Assembly: GCA_038249055.1 (NCBI GenBank)
Contig: JBBRWS010000002.1
Span: 78,118 to 142,117, forward strand
Direction: 5' to 3'
DNA: 64,000 nucleotides
Source of the DNA: Minisyncoccia bacterium
Lineage (GTDB): Bacteria; Patescibacteriota; Minisyncoccia; Phycocordibacterales; UBA9973
Shown: positions 38,330-48,278 of the stretch, one piece after another
Position numbering within the stretch: the stretch's first letter is position 1
Layout: every line of letters begins with the position of its first letter
The notes under the pieces: model-generated
Seen by the model: the letters and a program-made list of their open reading frames with translations, nothing else
The model's database searches: none
Told to the model about the DNA's origin: nothing
Translations under genes and position numbers: made by a program

Positions 38330-38911
38330 ATGATAAATCATGAAGAATGCATTAACAGTACAGATAATGAACTGGTCAAATTATCGCTAGATAATCCGGA
38401 CCATTTTTTGTGTTTAATTAGAAGGTATGAGGGTAAGTTACTCCATTATATTATGAGAATTTCTAAGTTTAGACGTGAGGATGCCGGAGATATTCTTCAA
38501 GATATTTTTGTAAAAACTTACTATCATTTAAATGAATTTGATGATGGATTAAAATTTTCATCATGGATATATCGAATTGCTCACAATCAAACTGTTAGCG
38601 AAATAAGAAAAAAATCAAGTAGACCATCAGTTCCATTTGAAAAGGAAGACCTTGATAGATTTGAATATGTTTTTGATATAATTAAAGAGATTGATAATTC
38701 TTTAGATAGAGAAAAAATAGATAAAGCTCTTTCACTGCTAGATGAAAAATACAGAGAAGTTCTTGTGCTAAGATTTTTAGATGAAAAAGATTATGTTGAA
38801 ATTGCTGATATTTTAAAAAAGCCAATAAGTACTGTAGGTAATTTAATATTAAGAGGAAAAAAACTTTTTAAAGAAGAGTATGAAAAGTTAATAAATGAAT
38901 CAAATAAGTAA
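38330..38911 (+). CDS. ECF RNA polymerase sigma factor
   Basis: DILQDIF, FSSWIYRIAHN, EIADILKKP. Confidence 0.92.
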   Translation: MINHEECINSTDNELVKLSLDNPDHFLCLIRRYEGKLLHYIMRISKFRREDAGDILQDIFVKTYYHLNEFDDGLKFSSWIYRIAHNQTVSEIRKKSSRPSVPFEKEDLDRFEYVFDIIKEIDNSLDREKIDKALSLLDEKYREVLVLRFLDEKDYVEIADILKKPISTVGNLILRGKKLFKEEYEKLINESNK

Positions 38912-38919
38912 TTATAAAC

Positions 38920-39648
38920 ATGGAGAATCAAAATATAAGCCAAATAGCATTACAAAAAATAAAGGAAAGTGGGATTAAGCCTATTTCCAAAAATGTCTTT
39001 AATTTAAAAAAGGTGATTTTTTGGTCTCTTGTTGGGTCCTCTCTTGTTATTGGGGCTATTTCATTTTCTGTTACTTTATCTATGTTATTTAATAATGACT
39101 GGGATTTATACCAAAGATTTGGATTTAGTTTTATTTTTAAAACCCTGCCATATTTTTGGGTTGCTTGTTTATTGTTCTTTGCTATTTTAGGAGAATTTTA
39201 TTATAGAAAAACTTTTTTTGGTTATCGCCATAGAGTTATAACGATTATGGGAATATATATTATTTTAACAATTATTTTTGGTTCAATTCTTCATTTCTTT
39301 AGAATAGGAGAAATTGTTGAGCAGTCTATGTCAGATAATATTTCAATTTATCACGGTTTCGTATTTGATAAAAGTGAATTTTGGTCTCATCCAGAAGATG
39401 GACTTATCTCTGGCAAAATTATTGATGTTGAAAATAACATTATTAAAATAGTTGATTTTAATAATGTTATTTGGACTGTAAATATGGATAATGCCATCAT
39501 TGGGAGACAAGTAGAAATAGAAGAAGGCAAAACCATAAGAATCATTGGGGATTTAGATAATAATAATATTTTTGTTGCGGAACATCTTCGTCCCTGGATA
39601 GGTGCCAAATTAGATGTAAATGATTTAAAGATTAATATGATGAGATAA
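38920..39648 (+). CDS. Putative membrane anti-sigma factor
   Basis: Three TM segments and a C-terminal beta-rich domain; directly after the ECF sigma. Confidence 0.65.
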   Translation: MENQNISQIALQKIKESGIKPISKNVFNLKKVIFWSLVGSSLVIGAISFSVTLSMLFNNDWDLYQRFGFSFIFKTLPYFWVACLLFFAILGEFYYRKTFFGYRHRVITIMGIYIILTIIFGSILHFFRIGEIVEQSMSDNISIYHGFVFDKSEFWSHPEDGLISGKIIDVENNIIKIVDFNNVIWTVNMDNAIIGRQVEIEEGKTIRIIGDLDNNNIFVAEHLRPWIGAKLDVNDLKINMMR

Positions 39649-39760
39649 ATTTTCTATCTCTTGCGTAGTATAAATGTAGGTAGTAACGATACCTTACATT
39701 TATTAAATTAAATCAAATTAACTTTATTATATAAATTGTAAAATAAAGTAAATAAATCAA

Positions 39761-40186
39761 ATGAAAAGTAAAAATAAATTAATAATGAGTGGATTGATGG
39801 CGTTGGTTTTAGGTTTAGGGGTTTCAGGTACAGCCCTTGCCTATAAAGGAGATTTTTCAAAAGAAGGTCCTAATTATACTCCAGAATTTCAATCTCAAAT
39901 TACTGAAGTTCTGACTAATAAAGATTATGAAGGATGGAAAGATCTTATTGAAGAAAAAGTTGGTAATAGTAGAGTTACCAAGGTAATAAATAAAGATAAT
40001 TTTGGTAAATTTGCTGAAGCATGGAGATTAGCAAATGAAGGTAAAATTAAAGAAGCAAACGTTCTTAGGAAAGAATTGGATTTAAGGACGAGTAGTGAAA
40101 AAATGTTTTCTAATAGAGGAAATCATAAAGGCATGGGGAAAGGGAATCATCATAGTATGAGGGATGGAAATGGTTTTAATAGATAA
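39761..40186 (+). CDS. Secreted hypothetical protein (likely ECF target)
   Basis: Signal peptide ending ALA; Gly/His-rich tail; preceded by the ECF-like promoter. Confidence 0.7.
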   Translation: MKSKNKLIMSGLMALVLGLGVSGTALAYKGDFSKEGPNYTPEFQSQITEVLTNKDYEGWKDLIEEKVGNSRVTKVINKDNFGKFAEAWRLANEGKIKEANVLRKELDLRTSSEKMFSNRGNHKGMGKGNHHSMRDGNGFNR

Positions 40187-40288
40187 TTAAATATTCTTTA
40201 CAAAAACCCATAATTTAAATTATGGGTTTTTGTCTTTTAATAATACTTATTAAAAAAACAGGTTCATAATATAAATTATAAACCTGTT

Positions 40289-40780
40289 TTAAAAAATTAA
40301 ATTTATTAATCCAAAAACGGAATAAATAGTACCAGCTAAAGTTAGAGTGCAAATAATTTCACTCATAAAAAATAGCATAAAGTTTTTTCTCGGAATATTA
40401 TTCCAAGCGTGGTGTCCATCACGATAATAAAGGATAGTTACTACTGGATCCGTACATAAGAGTCCAATAAATAAGAACCAATTACCAATCTTTTTTAACT
40501 TTAAGATTTTTCTTGTGACAGATGTGTGTTCAGTTGATTCTTGTTTTTGGTGTAATTTTTCTTTTAAATATTCGATTAGAAGCCAATCTTTTTTTGTGAA
40601 ATCATAGATTAGTATCATGGAATATCTTATTAAAAAACTAAATAAAAACATTAATAAAATTGCAATTTTAAAATCATTCATTTCCGCAATTTTATACTCA
40701 ACAATCTTGATTGCCATATTTATAGCAATAAAAACAATTAAACCAATTTTAAATTGATCTGGAATTATAACCCTTTTCAA
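40289..40780 (-). CDS. Hypothetical membrane protein
   Basis: TTG start with AGGAGG SD; several TM segments. Confidence 0.65.
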   Translation of the reverse strand: MKRVIIPDQFKIGLIVFIAINMAIKIVEYKIAEMNDFKIAILLMFLFSFLIRYSMILIYDFTKKDWLLIEYLKEKLHQKQESTEHTSVTRKILKLKKIGNWFLFIGLLCTDPVVTILYYRDGHHAWNNIPRKNFMLFFMSEIICTLTLAGTIYSVFGLINLIF

Positions 40781-40947
40781 TTTTTGCCTCCTTTTTATTA
40801 AGCGTCAGTTTTTATCAATATTAACCTATTTAAATTTTTTTACAAGGAGGATATCTATGCATTCTGTTCTATATATTTATAAAAATGGTATAATTAGCGA
40901 GTTGTCGTTTATTATTTAAATTAAAACGCTAATAGCGGAATAAATAT

Positions 40948-41343
40948 ATGAAAAAAGGATATAAAGATAATATCGAAATACTATCAAAAGAAAATGTAAA
41001 TTTTCGTAAGGTTTTATACACAGGGGAACATTGTCAGCTTGTCCTTATGAGCCTGCTTGCTAATGAAGAGATAGGAATGGAAGTGCATCCTGACAATGAT
41101 CAATTTTTTCGGTTTGAGGAGGGTAGCGGAAAAGTAATAATCAATGAGACAGAATATGAGGTTTCAGATGGAGATGCTGTTGTCGTGCCTTGTGGTTCCA
41201 ATCATAATGTTATAGCGGGGGTTGATGGACTTAAAATGTATACGATATATTCTCCAGCTCATCACAAAGACGGTATAGTTAGAGTTACTAAAAATGAAGC
41301 AGAAAGCAACGAAGCTGATTTTGATGGCGTAACTACAGAATAA
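40948..41343 (+). CDS. Cupin domain protein
   Basis: EIGMEVH..DQFFRFEEG, HNV, YTIYSPAHH. Confidence 0.9.
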   Translation: MKKGYKDNIEILSKENVNFRKVLYTGEHCQLVLMSLLANEEIGMEVHPDNDQFFRFEEGSGKVIINETEYEVSDGDAVVVPCGSNHNVIAGVDGLKMYTIYSPAHHKDGIVRVTKNEAESNEADFDGVTTE

Positions 41344-41346
41344 TAA

Positions 41347-42459
41347 ATGATTAGTTTTATTTATAAAAAAATAATTAAACCCATACTTTTTTCCTTTCCA
41401 GCGGATGATGTACATACCTTCTTTTTGAAGACGGGGAGGTTTTTGGGTAAATTTTCTTTTTTTAGATTGATTGTAAAAAACATTTTATTTTACAAAAATG
41501 ATATTTTGAGTCAAAAAATTTTTAATATTTCATTTCAAAATCCAATTGGTCTTGCCGCTGGTTTTGATTATGATGCAGATTTAATAGAGATATTACCTTC
41601 AGTAGGATTTGGTTATCACACTGTTGGAACAGTTACTAATCTTCCATATGCAGGGAATGCAAAGCCAATGCTCGGAAGACTTCCTAAATCAAAGTCTTTA
41701 TTAGTAAATAAAGGTTTTAAGAGTATGGGGATGGAATCTGTATTAAAAAAAATAAATAAAAAAGAAAAGAAAATTCCATTAGGGATAAGTATCGGTTCAA
41801 CTAATAAAGCATATCAAAACATAGAAGAAATGACTAAAGACATAATTCTATCTTTTAGAAAAGTTTTAGAAGAAAATTATTTTGATTATTTTGAGTTAAA
41901 TATTAGTTGTCCGAATCTTATAAATTCAGAAAATTTAACTACAAAATTCGATACACCAGATGGATTGAAATTATTACTTTCCAAGTTAGAAAAACTTTTT
42001 ATTAATAGACCTTTATTTATAAAAATGTATTTAGAAAAAAGTATTGAGGATACTCTTTCCTTAGCAGAAGTTGCTTCCTCTTTTCCATTTATAAGTGGCC
42101 TAATTTTTTCAAATTTAGTTAAGGATAGAACTAATCCTTCTTTTGACAAAGAAGAAATAAAAAGTGCAGGTAAGGGAAATTTTAGTGGAAAACCAACAGA
42201 AAAAATTACCAATATTCTTATTAGTGAAGTTTATAAAAAATATAAAGAAAGATTTTTAATAATTGGTTGTGGTGGAGTTTTTACAGGAGCGGATGCTTAT
42301 GAAAAGATAAAGAGAGGAGCAACTTTAATCCAAATGATTACAGGAATGATTTATGAAGGACCAAGTCAAATAGGGAAGATAAATAAAGAGCTAGCTTTAT
42401 TAATTGAAAAAGATGGTTATAAAAATATAAGTGAAGCCGTTGGTGTCTATTATAAGTAA
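41347..42459 (+). CDS. pyrD: Quinone-dependent dihydroorotate dehydrogenase
   Basis: NPIGLAAGFD, NISCPN, SGKP, IGCGG. Confidence 0.9.
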   Translation: MISFIYKKIIKPILFSFPADDVHTFFLKTGRFLGKFSFFRLIVKNILFYKNDILSQKIFNISFQNPIGLAAGFDYDADLIEILPSVGFGYHTVGTVTNLPYAGNAKPMLGRLPKSKSLLVNKGFKSMGMESVLKKINKKEKKIPLGISIGSTNKAYQNIEEMTKDIILSFRKVLEENYFDYFELNISCPNLINSENLTTKFDTPDGLKLLLSKLEKLFINRPLFIKMYLEKSIEDTLSLAEVASSFPFISGLIFSNLVKDRTNPSFDKEEIKSAGKGNFSGKPTEKITNILISEVYKKYKERFLIIGCGGVFTGADAYEKIKRGATLIQMITGMIYEGPSQIGKINKELALLIEKDGYKNISEAVGVYYK

Positions 42460-42534
42460 AATGAAAAAAGAGCCTTGCGGGAGCAAGACTCTTTTTTTGT
42501 GGGATAAATAAATATCGTTTTTTATTTTTACCCT

Positions 42535-42831
42535 TTAGTTTTTGAACGGTAAACCAAATACATACCTACGATTTGATTTTTTCGCTCCATTTTCTGGGAC
42601 TTTATGTCCAATAAAAAAATATTTTTCAAGCTCATTGTTGACCTGGAATAACCGGGCAGTTTTAAATAATCTTATCTGGTCGTCATCAACACAAACTTTT
42701 TTGTTTACAGTTTTGTCTTTAGATGTTGCTATACTAGCTGCTCCTATTGTTTCTGTAAACTGGTAAAGATTTCCAACAACGGCTGAATCTGTTCCCCATG
42801 TGTATAGGGTACAATTGTTTGTTTTACACAT
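42535..42831 (-). CDS. Hypothetical protein
   Basis: 98-aa ORF followed by a terminator-like hairpin. Confidence 0.45.
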   Translation of the reverse strand: MCKTNNCTLYTWGTDSAVVGNLYQFTETIGAASIATSKDKTVNKKVCVDDDQIRLFKTARLFQVNNELEKYFFIGHKVPENGAKKSNRRYVFGLPFKN

Positions 42832-42937
42832 AAATGTAATTTTTTTATTTAAAGAATTTATTTTATTATATCTCTTTTACAAAAATAGTCAAGAGGTGTT
42901 TTTTTATTTAAAAATGAAGCATGTTATACTTAGTCAT

Positions 42938-43546
42938 ATGAAAAAAATTCAAAATAATTTAAAAAAAGATAAAAATATTTTATATACTGGTTTTGGTGAT
43001 ACTGGCATGACTACTCTTTTTGATTGTAAACAAGGTAAAATTTCTAAGAGCGCCATTCTTATCGAGGCCCTCGGTTCGGTAGATGAGCTCAATGCGTATT
43101 TAGGAATAATCAAAGTATATTCAGATATTGATAAAATTGTTTTAAAAATAGGAACTAAAAAAATATTGTTTAGTAAAATTATTGAAGATATTCAACAAAA
43201 TTTATTTATAATTCAGGCAGAACTTGGAGGATCTAAAATGTTTATCGGCAAAAAAGAATTAACTAAAATTGAAAATATAATAAATAAAGTAGGGGAGGTC
43301 CTTCCTCCTATTACATCATTTACTATTTCGGGGGGGAGTATTATTAGCTCTGGTTTAGATTTTGCTCGTACACTTGCCCGTAAGTCAGAAAGAAGAATTA
43401 TATCAACAAACGAAGAAGGGATAAGAATTATTAAACCAAATACAATTTCTTATATGAATAGACTTTCTAGTGTTCTTTTTGCGATGTCACGTTATTCTAA
43501 TCATATTTTTTCTATTCCAGAAAATCATCCGGATTATAATAAATAA
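42938..43546 (+). CDS. PduO-type cob(I)alamin adenosyltransferase
   Basis: YTGFGDTGMT, GSVDELNA, RTLARKSER, NRLS. Confidence 0.88.
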   Translation: MKKIQNNLKKDKNILYTGFGDTGMTTLFDCKQGKISKSAILIEALGSVDELNAYLGIIKVYSDIDKIVLKIGTKKILFSKIIEDIQQNLFIIQAELGGSKMFIGKKELTKIENIINKVGEVLPPITSFTISGGSIISSGLDFARTLARKSERRIISTNEEGIRIIKPNTISYMNRLSSVLFAMSRYSNHIFSIPENHPDYNK

Positions 43547-43588
43547 CTCCAAATAAACTATAAAATATAGTATAATATCGATATGGAT

Positions 43589-43706
43589 CCCGTTAGAGAT
43601 GTGTTTGTTGTATTTTATGGGATACTTAGAAATATTTATAAGGTTTGTATTATTAACTCTAATTAATAAGATACGTCCCACCTAAAGAGGGACTATCTCT
43701 AACGGG
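43589..43706. repeat. Start-codon-associated inverted-repeat element, copy 2
   Basis: ATCCCGTTAGAGAT/ATCTCTAACGGGAT, flanked by ATGGAT on both sides. Confidence 0.85.
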
Positions 43707-44321
43707 ATGGATTCCATAAAACACGAAAGAGAAATTGTCTGGTTACAAATATTATATTTATATTTGATTCCGATTCTCCTTCTTTATTATAGAGTAATCT
43801 CTAGTAATTTTCGTATTTTAATGCTACTACTCGTTACTATTTTAATATATGGAATTACTCGTTATGAAAAATGGAATAATCAAGATTTTGGAATTCAAAA
43901 AGATTGGAAAAAATATTTTTGGCAATATTTAATTTTTACCATCGTAGGAGTTATTTTTCTTTTTGTAATAGAAGAGTTTGAGGTTGGAAAACCATTTTTA
44001 AATTGGTGGAAAAATGCTAAATTTTTGCTTTTATTTATTCCACTTAGTGTTATTCAAGAATTATTATTTCGCGGAATATTAATGAATATGTTTCGACGCG
44101 TTTTTACGAGTCCTATTTTTATAATTGTTTTAAATGCCTGCATCTTTGCTTTAATGCATGTTATTTATCTTAATTCAGCTTTTGTTATTCCAGTGACTTT
44201 TATTGCAGGTATTGGTTTTGCTTGGATGTATTATAAATATGAAAATTTAATTTTAATATCGATTTCTCACACAATCCTTAATTTTGTTGCAATGATATTT
44301 GGGTTTTTTATTTTAAGGTAA
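43707..44321 (+). CDS. CPBP (CAAX/Abi) intramembrane protease family protein
   Basis: QELLFRG, FALMH, SH..LN motifs. Confidence 0.85.
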   Translation: MDSIKHEREIVWLQILYLYLIPILLLYYRVISSNFRILMLLLVTILIYGITRYEKWNNQDFGIQKDWKKYFWQYLIFTIVGVIFLFVIEEFEVGKPFLNWWKNAKFLLLFIPLSVIQELLFRGILMNMFRRVFTSPIFIIVLNACIFALMHVIYLNSAFVIPVTFIAGIGFAWMYYKYENLILISISHTILNFVAMIFGFFILR

Positions 44322-44360
44322 TATATTCGCTTTTTTATATAAACAGGATATAATAAATTT

Positions 44361-44690
44361 ATGGTAGATCTTAAAGAATTACAAAAAGAGGTGATGAGAA
44401 ATAAGATAGAGAAAGGATTCAATACTACAGATGTAGCATTAGAATTTTGTCGAGCCCATGAAGAGCTTTCAGAAGCATTCTCTAAGTTTAATAAAAACCA
44501 AGAAGGAGTTGCTGAAGAATTTGCAGATGTTGCAATCTTTTTACTTGGAATGTGTGAAATTCTAGGTTATGATTTAGAAAAAGAATTAGTTGAAAAAATA
44601 GAGAAAAATAAAAATCGTAAATATATAAAATCAAAATCACCTGATGGTAAAGAAATACACATAAGAGTTAAAACAGATATAGATCCATAA
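44361..44690 (+). CDS. MazG-like NTP pyrophosphatase
   Basis: EELSEA...EEFADV. Confidence 0.82.
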   Translation: MVDLKELQKEVMRNKIEKGFNTTDVALEFCRAHEELSEAFSKFNKNQEGVAEEFADVAIFLLGMCEILGYDLEKELVEKIEKNKNRKYIKSKSPDGKEIHIRVKTDIDP

Positions 44691-44703
44691 TAAAAAATCC
44701 GCT

Positions 44704-45210
44704 TTAAGCGGATTTTTTATTATATATTACAAAGTTACAATCATATTTATTTTTGTCATCTTTTTCATGTTTATCTTCAGACGATTTATTCCACTTAGTC
44801 ATATCAATAATAGGGAAGAAAGTATCGGCGTCTTGAAATGAGGCATTAACATGGGTTATGTATAATCTATCTGCTTTATCAATAAATAATTTATATATTT
44901 GTCCTCCCCCTATTATAAAAGCTTCCTCAGTTTCTCCCATTGTTTCCTTTAATAAAGTATCGAGTTCTTCTAGCGAATAAACGACTTCAATATTTTCTCC
45001 AATAAAATTTTTATCTAAAGTAAGTATTATATTTCTTCTGTTGGGAAGAGGACGACCAATAGACTCAAAAGTTTTCTGCCCCATTATCACTGGATGTCCT
45101 GTGGTTGTTTCTTTAAAGTGTTTCATATCTATGGGTAAATCCCATAGTAATTCATTCTTCCTTCCTATTTCATTATTATTTGCTACTGCTGAAATTATAG
45201 ATAAAATCAT
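44704..45210 (-). CDS. folA: Dihydrofolate reductase
   Basis: LLWDLPIDMKHF, IMGQKTFESI, PLPNRRN, IIGGG, ADTFFP. Confidence 0.96.
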   Translation of the reverse strand: MILSIISAVANNNEIGRKNELLWDLPIDMKHFKETTTGHPVIMGQKTFESIGRPLPNRRNIILTLDKNFIGENIEVVYSLEELDTLLKETMGETEEAFIIGGGQIYKLFIDKADRLYITHVNASFQDADTFFPIIDMTKWNKSSEDKHEKDDKNKYDCNFVIYNKKSA

Positions 45211-45213
45211 TTT

Positions 45214-46062
45214 TTATTTTACTATATCAAGTCCTGGTATAGCTTCACTAGGTTTATAAAATGGGGCAAAAGATTGATATATTTCATCTACTATTGTTTC
45301 ATCTTTTGCAAATGAACGGTCGTATATATTTTCTGGTAAGATAGGAAATATATTTGGATGATCGTTTTCTCTTTTTATTAATTCCTGCGCTCCTTCATAA
45401 TGAATATCATAAATATGAGCATTAGAAATACTGTGGGTATATATTCCTGGCTTTACCCCTAGTTTTTGAGCAAGAGCACACATAAGAAGACTAAAACCAA
45501 ATGTATCAAATGGACAACCTAGCATCATGTCATTTGAGCGTATTATGTTATGAAAATGAAGTCGTCCACCAATTATATTTACAGTGAAAGCAAATGGGCA
45601 AGGTACATTTTTTTTATAAGTTGCCTTTAATCCCGTTCCATATAATCCATCGTCTGATGGATCCCAGGTTACTACAACACCTTGTCTTGAATGAGGCTCC
45701 TCAGTAAGATGTTTAACCAATTGATCAAGCTGGTCTCTTCCGAAGTGGTGTCTCCATCTATATCCATAAGCAGAAGTTATTGTCCCATCTTCTTCAGCAA
45801 ACTCATCCCAAATTTTTGTATATTTTCTTAAAAAGTCTGCATTCTTTTCTCCAGTAACAAACCATACTTGTTCAGCAATGGGAGATTTAATTGGATTCTT
45901 ACGTAAAGTTAAAACTGGAAATCCATCTTTTTCAACATCAATTTGGAAAGTAAGACCTGGTAATATTTTTATCTTATGTCCTGTTCTTTCATTCAATTCT
46001 TCTATCCCTTCTTCCATTATTCTTTTTATTAAATTTTTATAGATTGCGTCAAATGTTGTCAT
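45214..46062 (-). CDS. thyA: Thymidylate synthase family protein, Asp variant (possible dCMP methylase)
   Basis: IWDEFA, AYGYRWR, VPC catalytic Cys, RSND..LGCPFD, AHIY. Confidence 0.85.
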   Translation of the reverse strand: MTTFDAIYKNLIKRIMEEGIEELNERTGHKIKILPGLTFQIDVEKDGFPVLTLRKNPIKSPIAEQVWFVTGEKNADFLRKYTKIWDEFAEEDGTITSAYGYRWRHHFGRDQLDQLVKHLTEEPHSRQGVVVTWDPSDDGLYGTGLKATYKKNVPCPFAFTVNIIGGRLHFHNIIRSNDMMLGCPFDTFGFSLLMCALAQKLGVKPGIYTHSISNAHIYDIHYEGAQELIKRENDHPNIFPILPENIYDRSFAKDETIVDEIYQSFAPFYKPSEAIPGLDIVK

Positions 46063-46091
46063 AATGTATAGTATACAAAAATATAAACATT

Positions 46092-46595
46092 ATGGAAACA
46101 GACAAAAAACAAACAATTATTTACCCGTATTTACCAGAAGGATATAAAATTCACTATGTTCCTGAAAGTAATCAATACATTCAAGCTGCAAAAAAATTTG
46201 CGAAAGAACATTCTTTAGATAAGATGGTCCCTACTGGAGCTGTGGCTGTAAAAGATAATAAAATTATAGGGTATGGAGCTAATGGTAGTGATTATCATAA
46301 AACTCACGAATGTGAGAGAGTAAAGAATCATATACCTACTGGTCAGGGCTATGAATTATGTGAAGGATGTCATCCTAAAAATCATGCTGAGAGCAGAGCA
46401 GTCCAAAATGCCATAGACAACGGTTTTAATCCTAAAGGTTCAGATTTGTATCTTTGGGGACACCATTGGTGCTGTGAACCATGTTGGAATACCATGATCA
46501 ATCATGACATAAAAGATGTTTATTTAATGGAAGGAAGCGATATTCTTTTTGATAGAACAAAGGATGGGAATATCATCGGACATCAATTCGAATAA
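46092..46595 (+). CDS. Zn-dependent CMP/dCMP deaminase family protein
   Basis: HAE and WCCEPC zinc motifs, plus extra Cys as in dCMP deaminases. Confidence 0.85.
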   Translation: METDKKQTIIYPYLPEGYKIHYVPESNQYIQAAKKFAKEHSLDKMVPTGAVAVKDNKIIGYGANGSDYHKTHECERVKNHIPTGQGYELCEGCHPKNHAESRAVQNAIDNGFNPKGSDLYLWGHHWCCEPCWNTMINHDIKDVYLMEGSDILFDRTKDGNIIGHQFE

Positions 46596-46683
46596 TAAAA
46601 AGCGAGCTCGTAAGGCTCGCTTTTTTGTTTATATTTATTGTGTTAAAATTGGTCTATTATAAATTTAATTTATCCACCATGTT

Positions 46684-47859
46684 ATGAAAGATAAACAAAT
46701 AGAAAAACTTATAAAAGAGGAGGAGAAGAGACAAAAGAGCGTTGTGAATTTAATAGCTTCTGAGAACATTGTTTCTGATGATGTTCTGAAAGCTTTAGGT
46801 TCAAAGCTTACAAACAAATACGCCGAAGGTTATCCAGGAAAGAGATATTATGGTGGAAATCAAGTGATAGATAAAGTAGAACTGCTTTGTATGGCACGTG
46901 CTTTAAAACTTTTTAAATTAAAACCCGAAAATTGGCACGTGAATGTTCAGCTTCTTTCCGGAAGTCCTGCTAACTTTGCTTTGTATTCAGCTCTTGTTCC
47001 AATTGGTGGAAAAATAATGGGGATGAAACTTACTGCTGGTGGTCATCTTACTCATGGACATCCTCTTTCCATGACCGGTAAACTCTGGAAGCCTTTACAG
47101 TTTGAACTTGATAAAGAGACAGAGGTTATAGATTATGAAGTATTAAAAAAAATAGCAGTAGAAGAAAAACCAGACATTATTGTTTGTGGATTTACAGCAT
47201 ATCCACGAGTTGTAGATTTTAAAAAATTTAGAGAAATTGCAGATCTATGCGGAGCATTACTTCATGTAGATATGTCTCACTTTGCTGGACTTGTTGCAGG
47301 AGGTGCTTATCCATCACCATTTCCATATGCAGATTCAGTAATGACTACTACCCATAAATCTCTCCGTGGTCCAAGACAGGCAATTCTTTTTGTAAAAAAA
47401 GATGAGCGTGGTTTTGATAAAAAATTGGACAAGATGGTAATACCAGGACTTTTTGGTGGTCCACATGAAAATAATATAGCAGCTGTCGCTGTATGTTTAG
47501 CAGAAGCTATGAAGCCTGATTTTAAAAAATATGCAAAACAAGTAATTAAAAATGCAAAAGTTTTAGCAAAAGAATTACAAAAATTAGGTTGGCATATAAT
47601 TTCAGGAGGTACAGATTCTCATTTGATATTGATGGATACATGGATGGAAGGGAAAGGTATTTCTGGTAAAGACGCCGGTATCTTACTTGAAAAAGCTGGA
47701 ATTATTGTAAATATGAATACAATTCCAGGTGATACAAGAAGTGTTATGGATCCGTCCGGAATTCGTCTTGGTACTTGTGCCGAAACTACAAGGGGAAGAA
47801 AAGAATCTGATATGGTTAAATTAGCCACAAAGATGGATAAAGTATTAAGAGGAAAATAA
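46684..47859 (+). CDS. glyA: Serine hydroxymethyltransferase
   Basis: LIASEN, NKYAEGYPG, GGHLTHG, TTTHKSLRGPR. Confidence 0.97.
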   Translation: MKDKQIEKLIKEEEKRQKSVVNLIASENIVSDDVLKALGSKLTNKYAEGYPGKRYYGGNQVIDKVELLCMARALKLFKLKPENWHVNVQLLSGSPANFALYSALVPIGGKIMGMKLTAGGHLTHGHPLSMTGKLWKPLQFELDKETEVIDYEVLKKIAVEEKPDIIVCGFTAYPRVVDFKKFREIADLCGALLHVDMSHFAGLVAGGAYPSPFPYADSVMTTTHKSLRGPRQAILFVKKDERGFDKKLDKMVIPGLFGGPHENNIAAVAVCLAEAMKPDFKKYAKQVIKNAKVLAKELQKLGWHIISGGTDSHLILMDTWMEGKGISGKDAGILLEKAGIIVNMNTIPGDTRSVMDPSGIRLGTCAETTRGRKESDMVKLATKMDKVLRGK

Positions 47860-47860
47860 T

Positions 47861-48187
47861 ATGGAAAAATTAGATTTAAAACAATTAACAGAATTAATTT
47901 TGAAACAAGCAGAAGTTAAAGGTTTTGGTACAAAACCAGAAGATATTAATGTTGGAGAAAAAATTGCACTTATTCATTCAGAAGTATCTGAGGCATTTGA
48001 AGCCTATAGGCATAAAAATATTGACGGTAAAGATGGATTTAAAGAAGAACTGGGGGATGTGATACAAAGAGTTTTACATCTAAGTGGAATTTTCGGTATT
48101 GATATTGAAGCTGAAGTTTTAAAGAAAATTAATTCCAATAAAGATAGAAATTGGAATTTCGACAAAATGAACGAACAACATAGTTAA
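47861..48187 (+). CDS. MazG-like NTP pyrophosphatase
   Basis: IHSEVSEA...EELGDV. Confidence 0.82.
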   Translation: MEKLDLKQLTELILKQAEVKGFGTKPEDINVGEKIALIHSEVSEAFEAYRHKNIDGKDGFKEELGDVIQRVLHLSGIFGIDIEAEVLKKINSNKDRNWNFDKMNEQHS

Positions 48188-48278
48188 GTTTGTTTTTAAA
48201 GAAAAAATCTCTGTTTCAACAGAGATTTTTTCTTATTTGGAGGTAAGTATTTTTTTGAGTATAATAAAAAGTATAATT

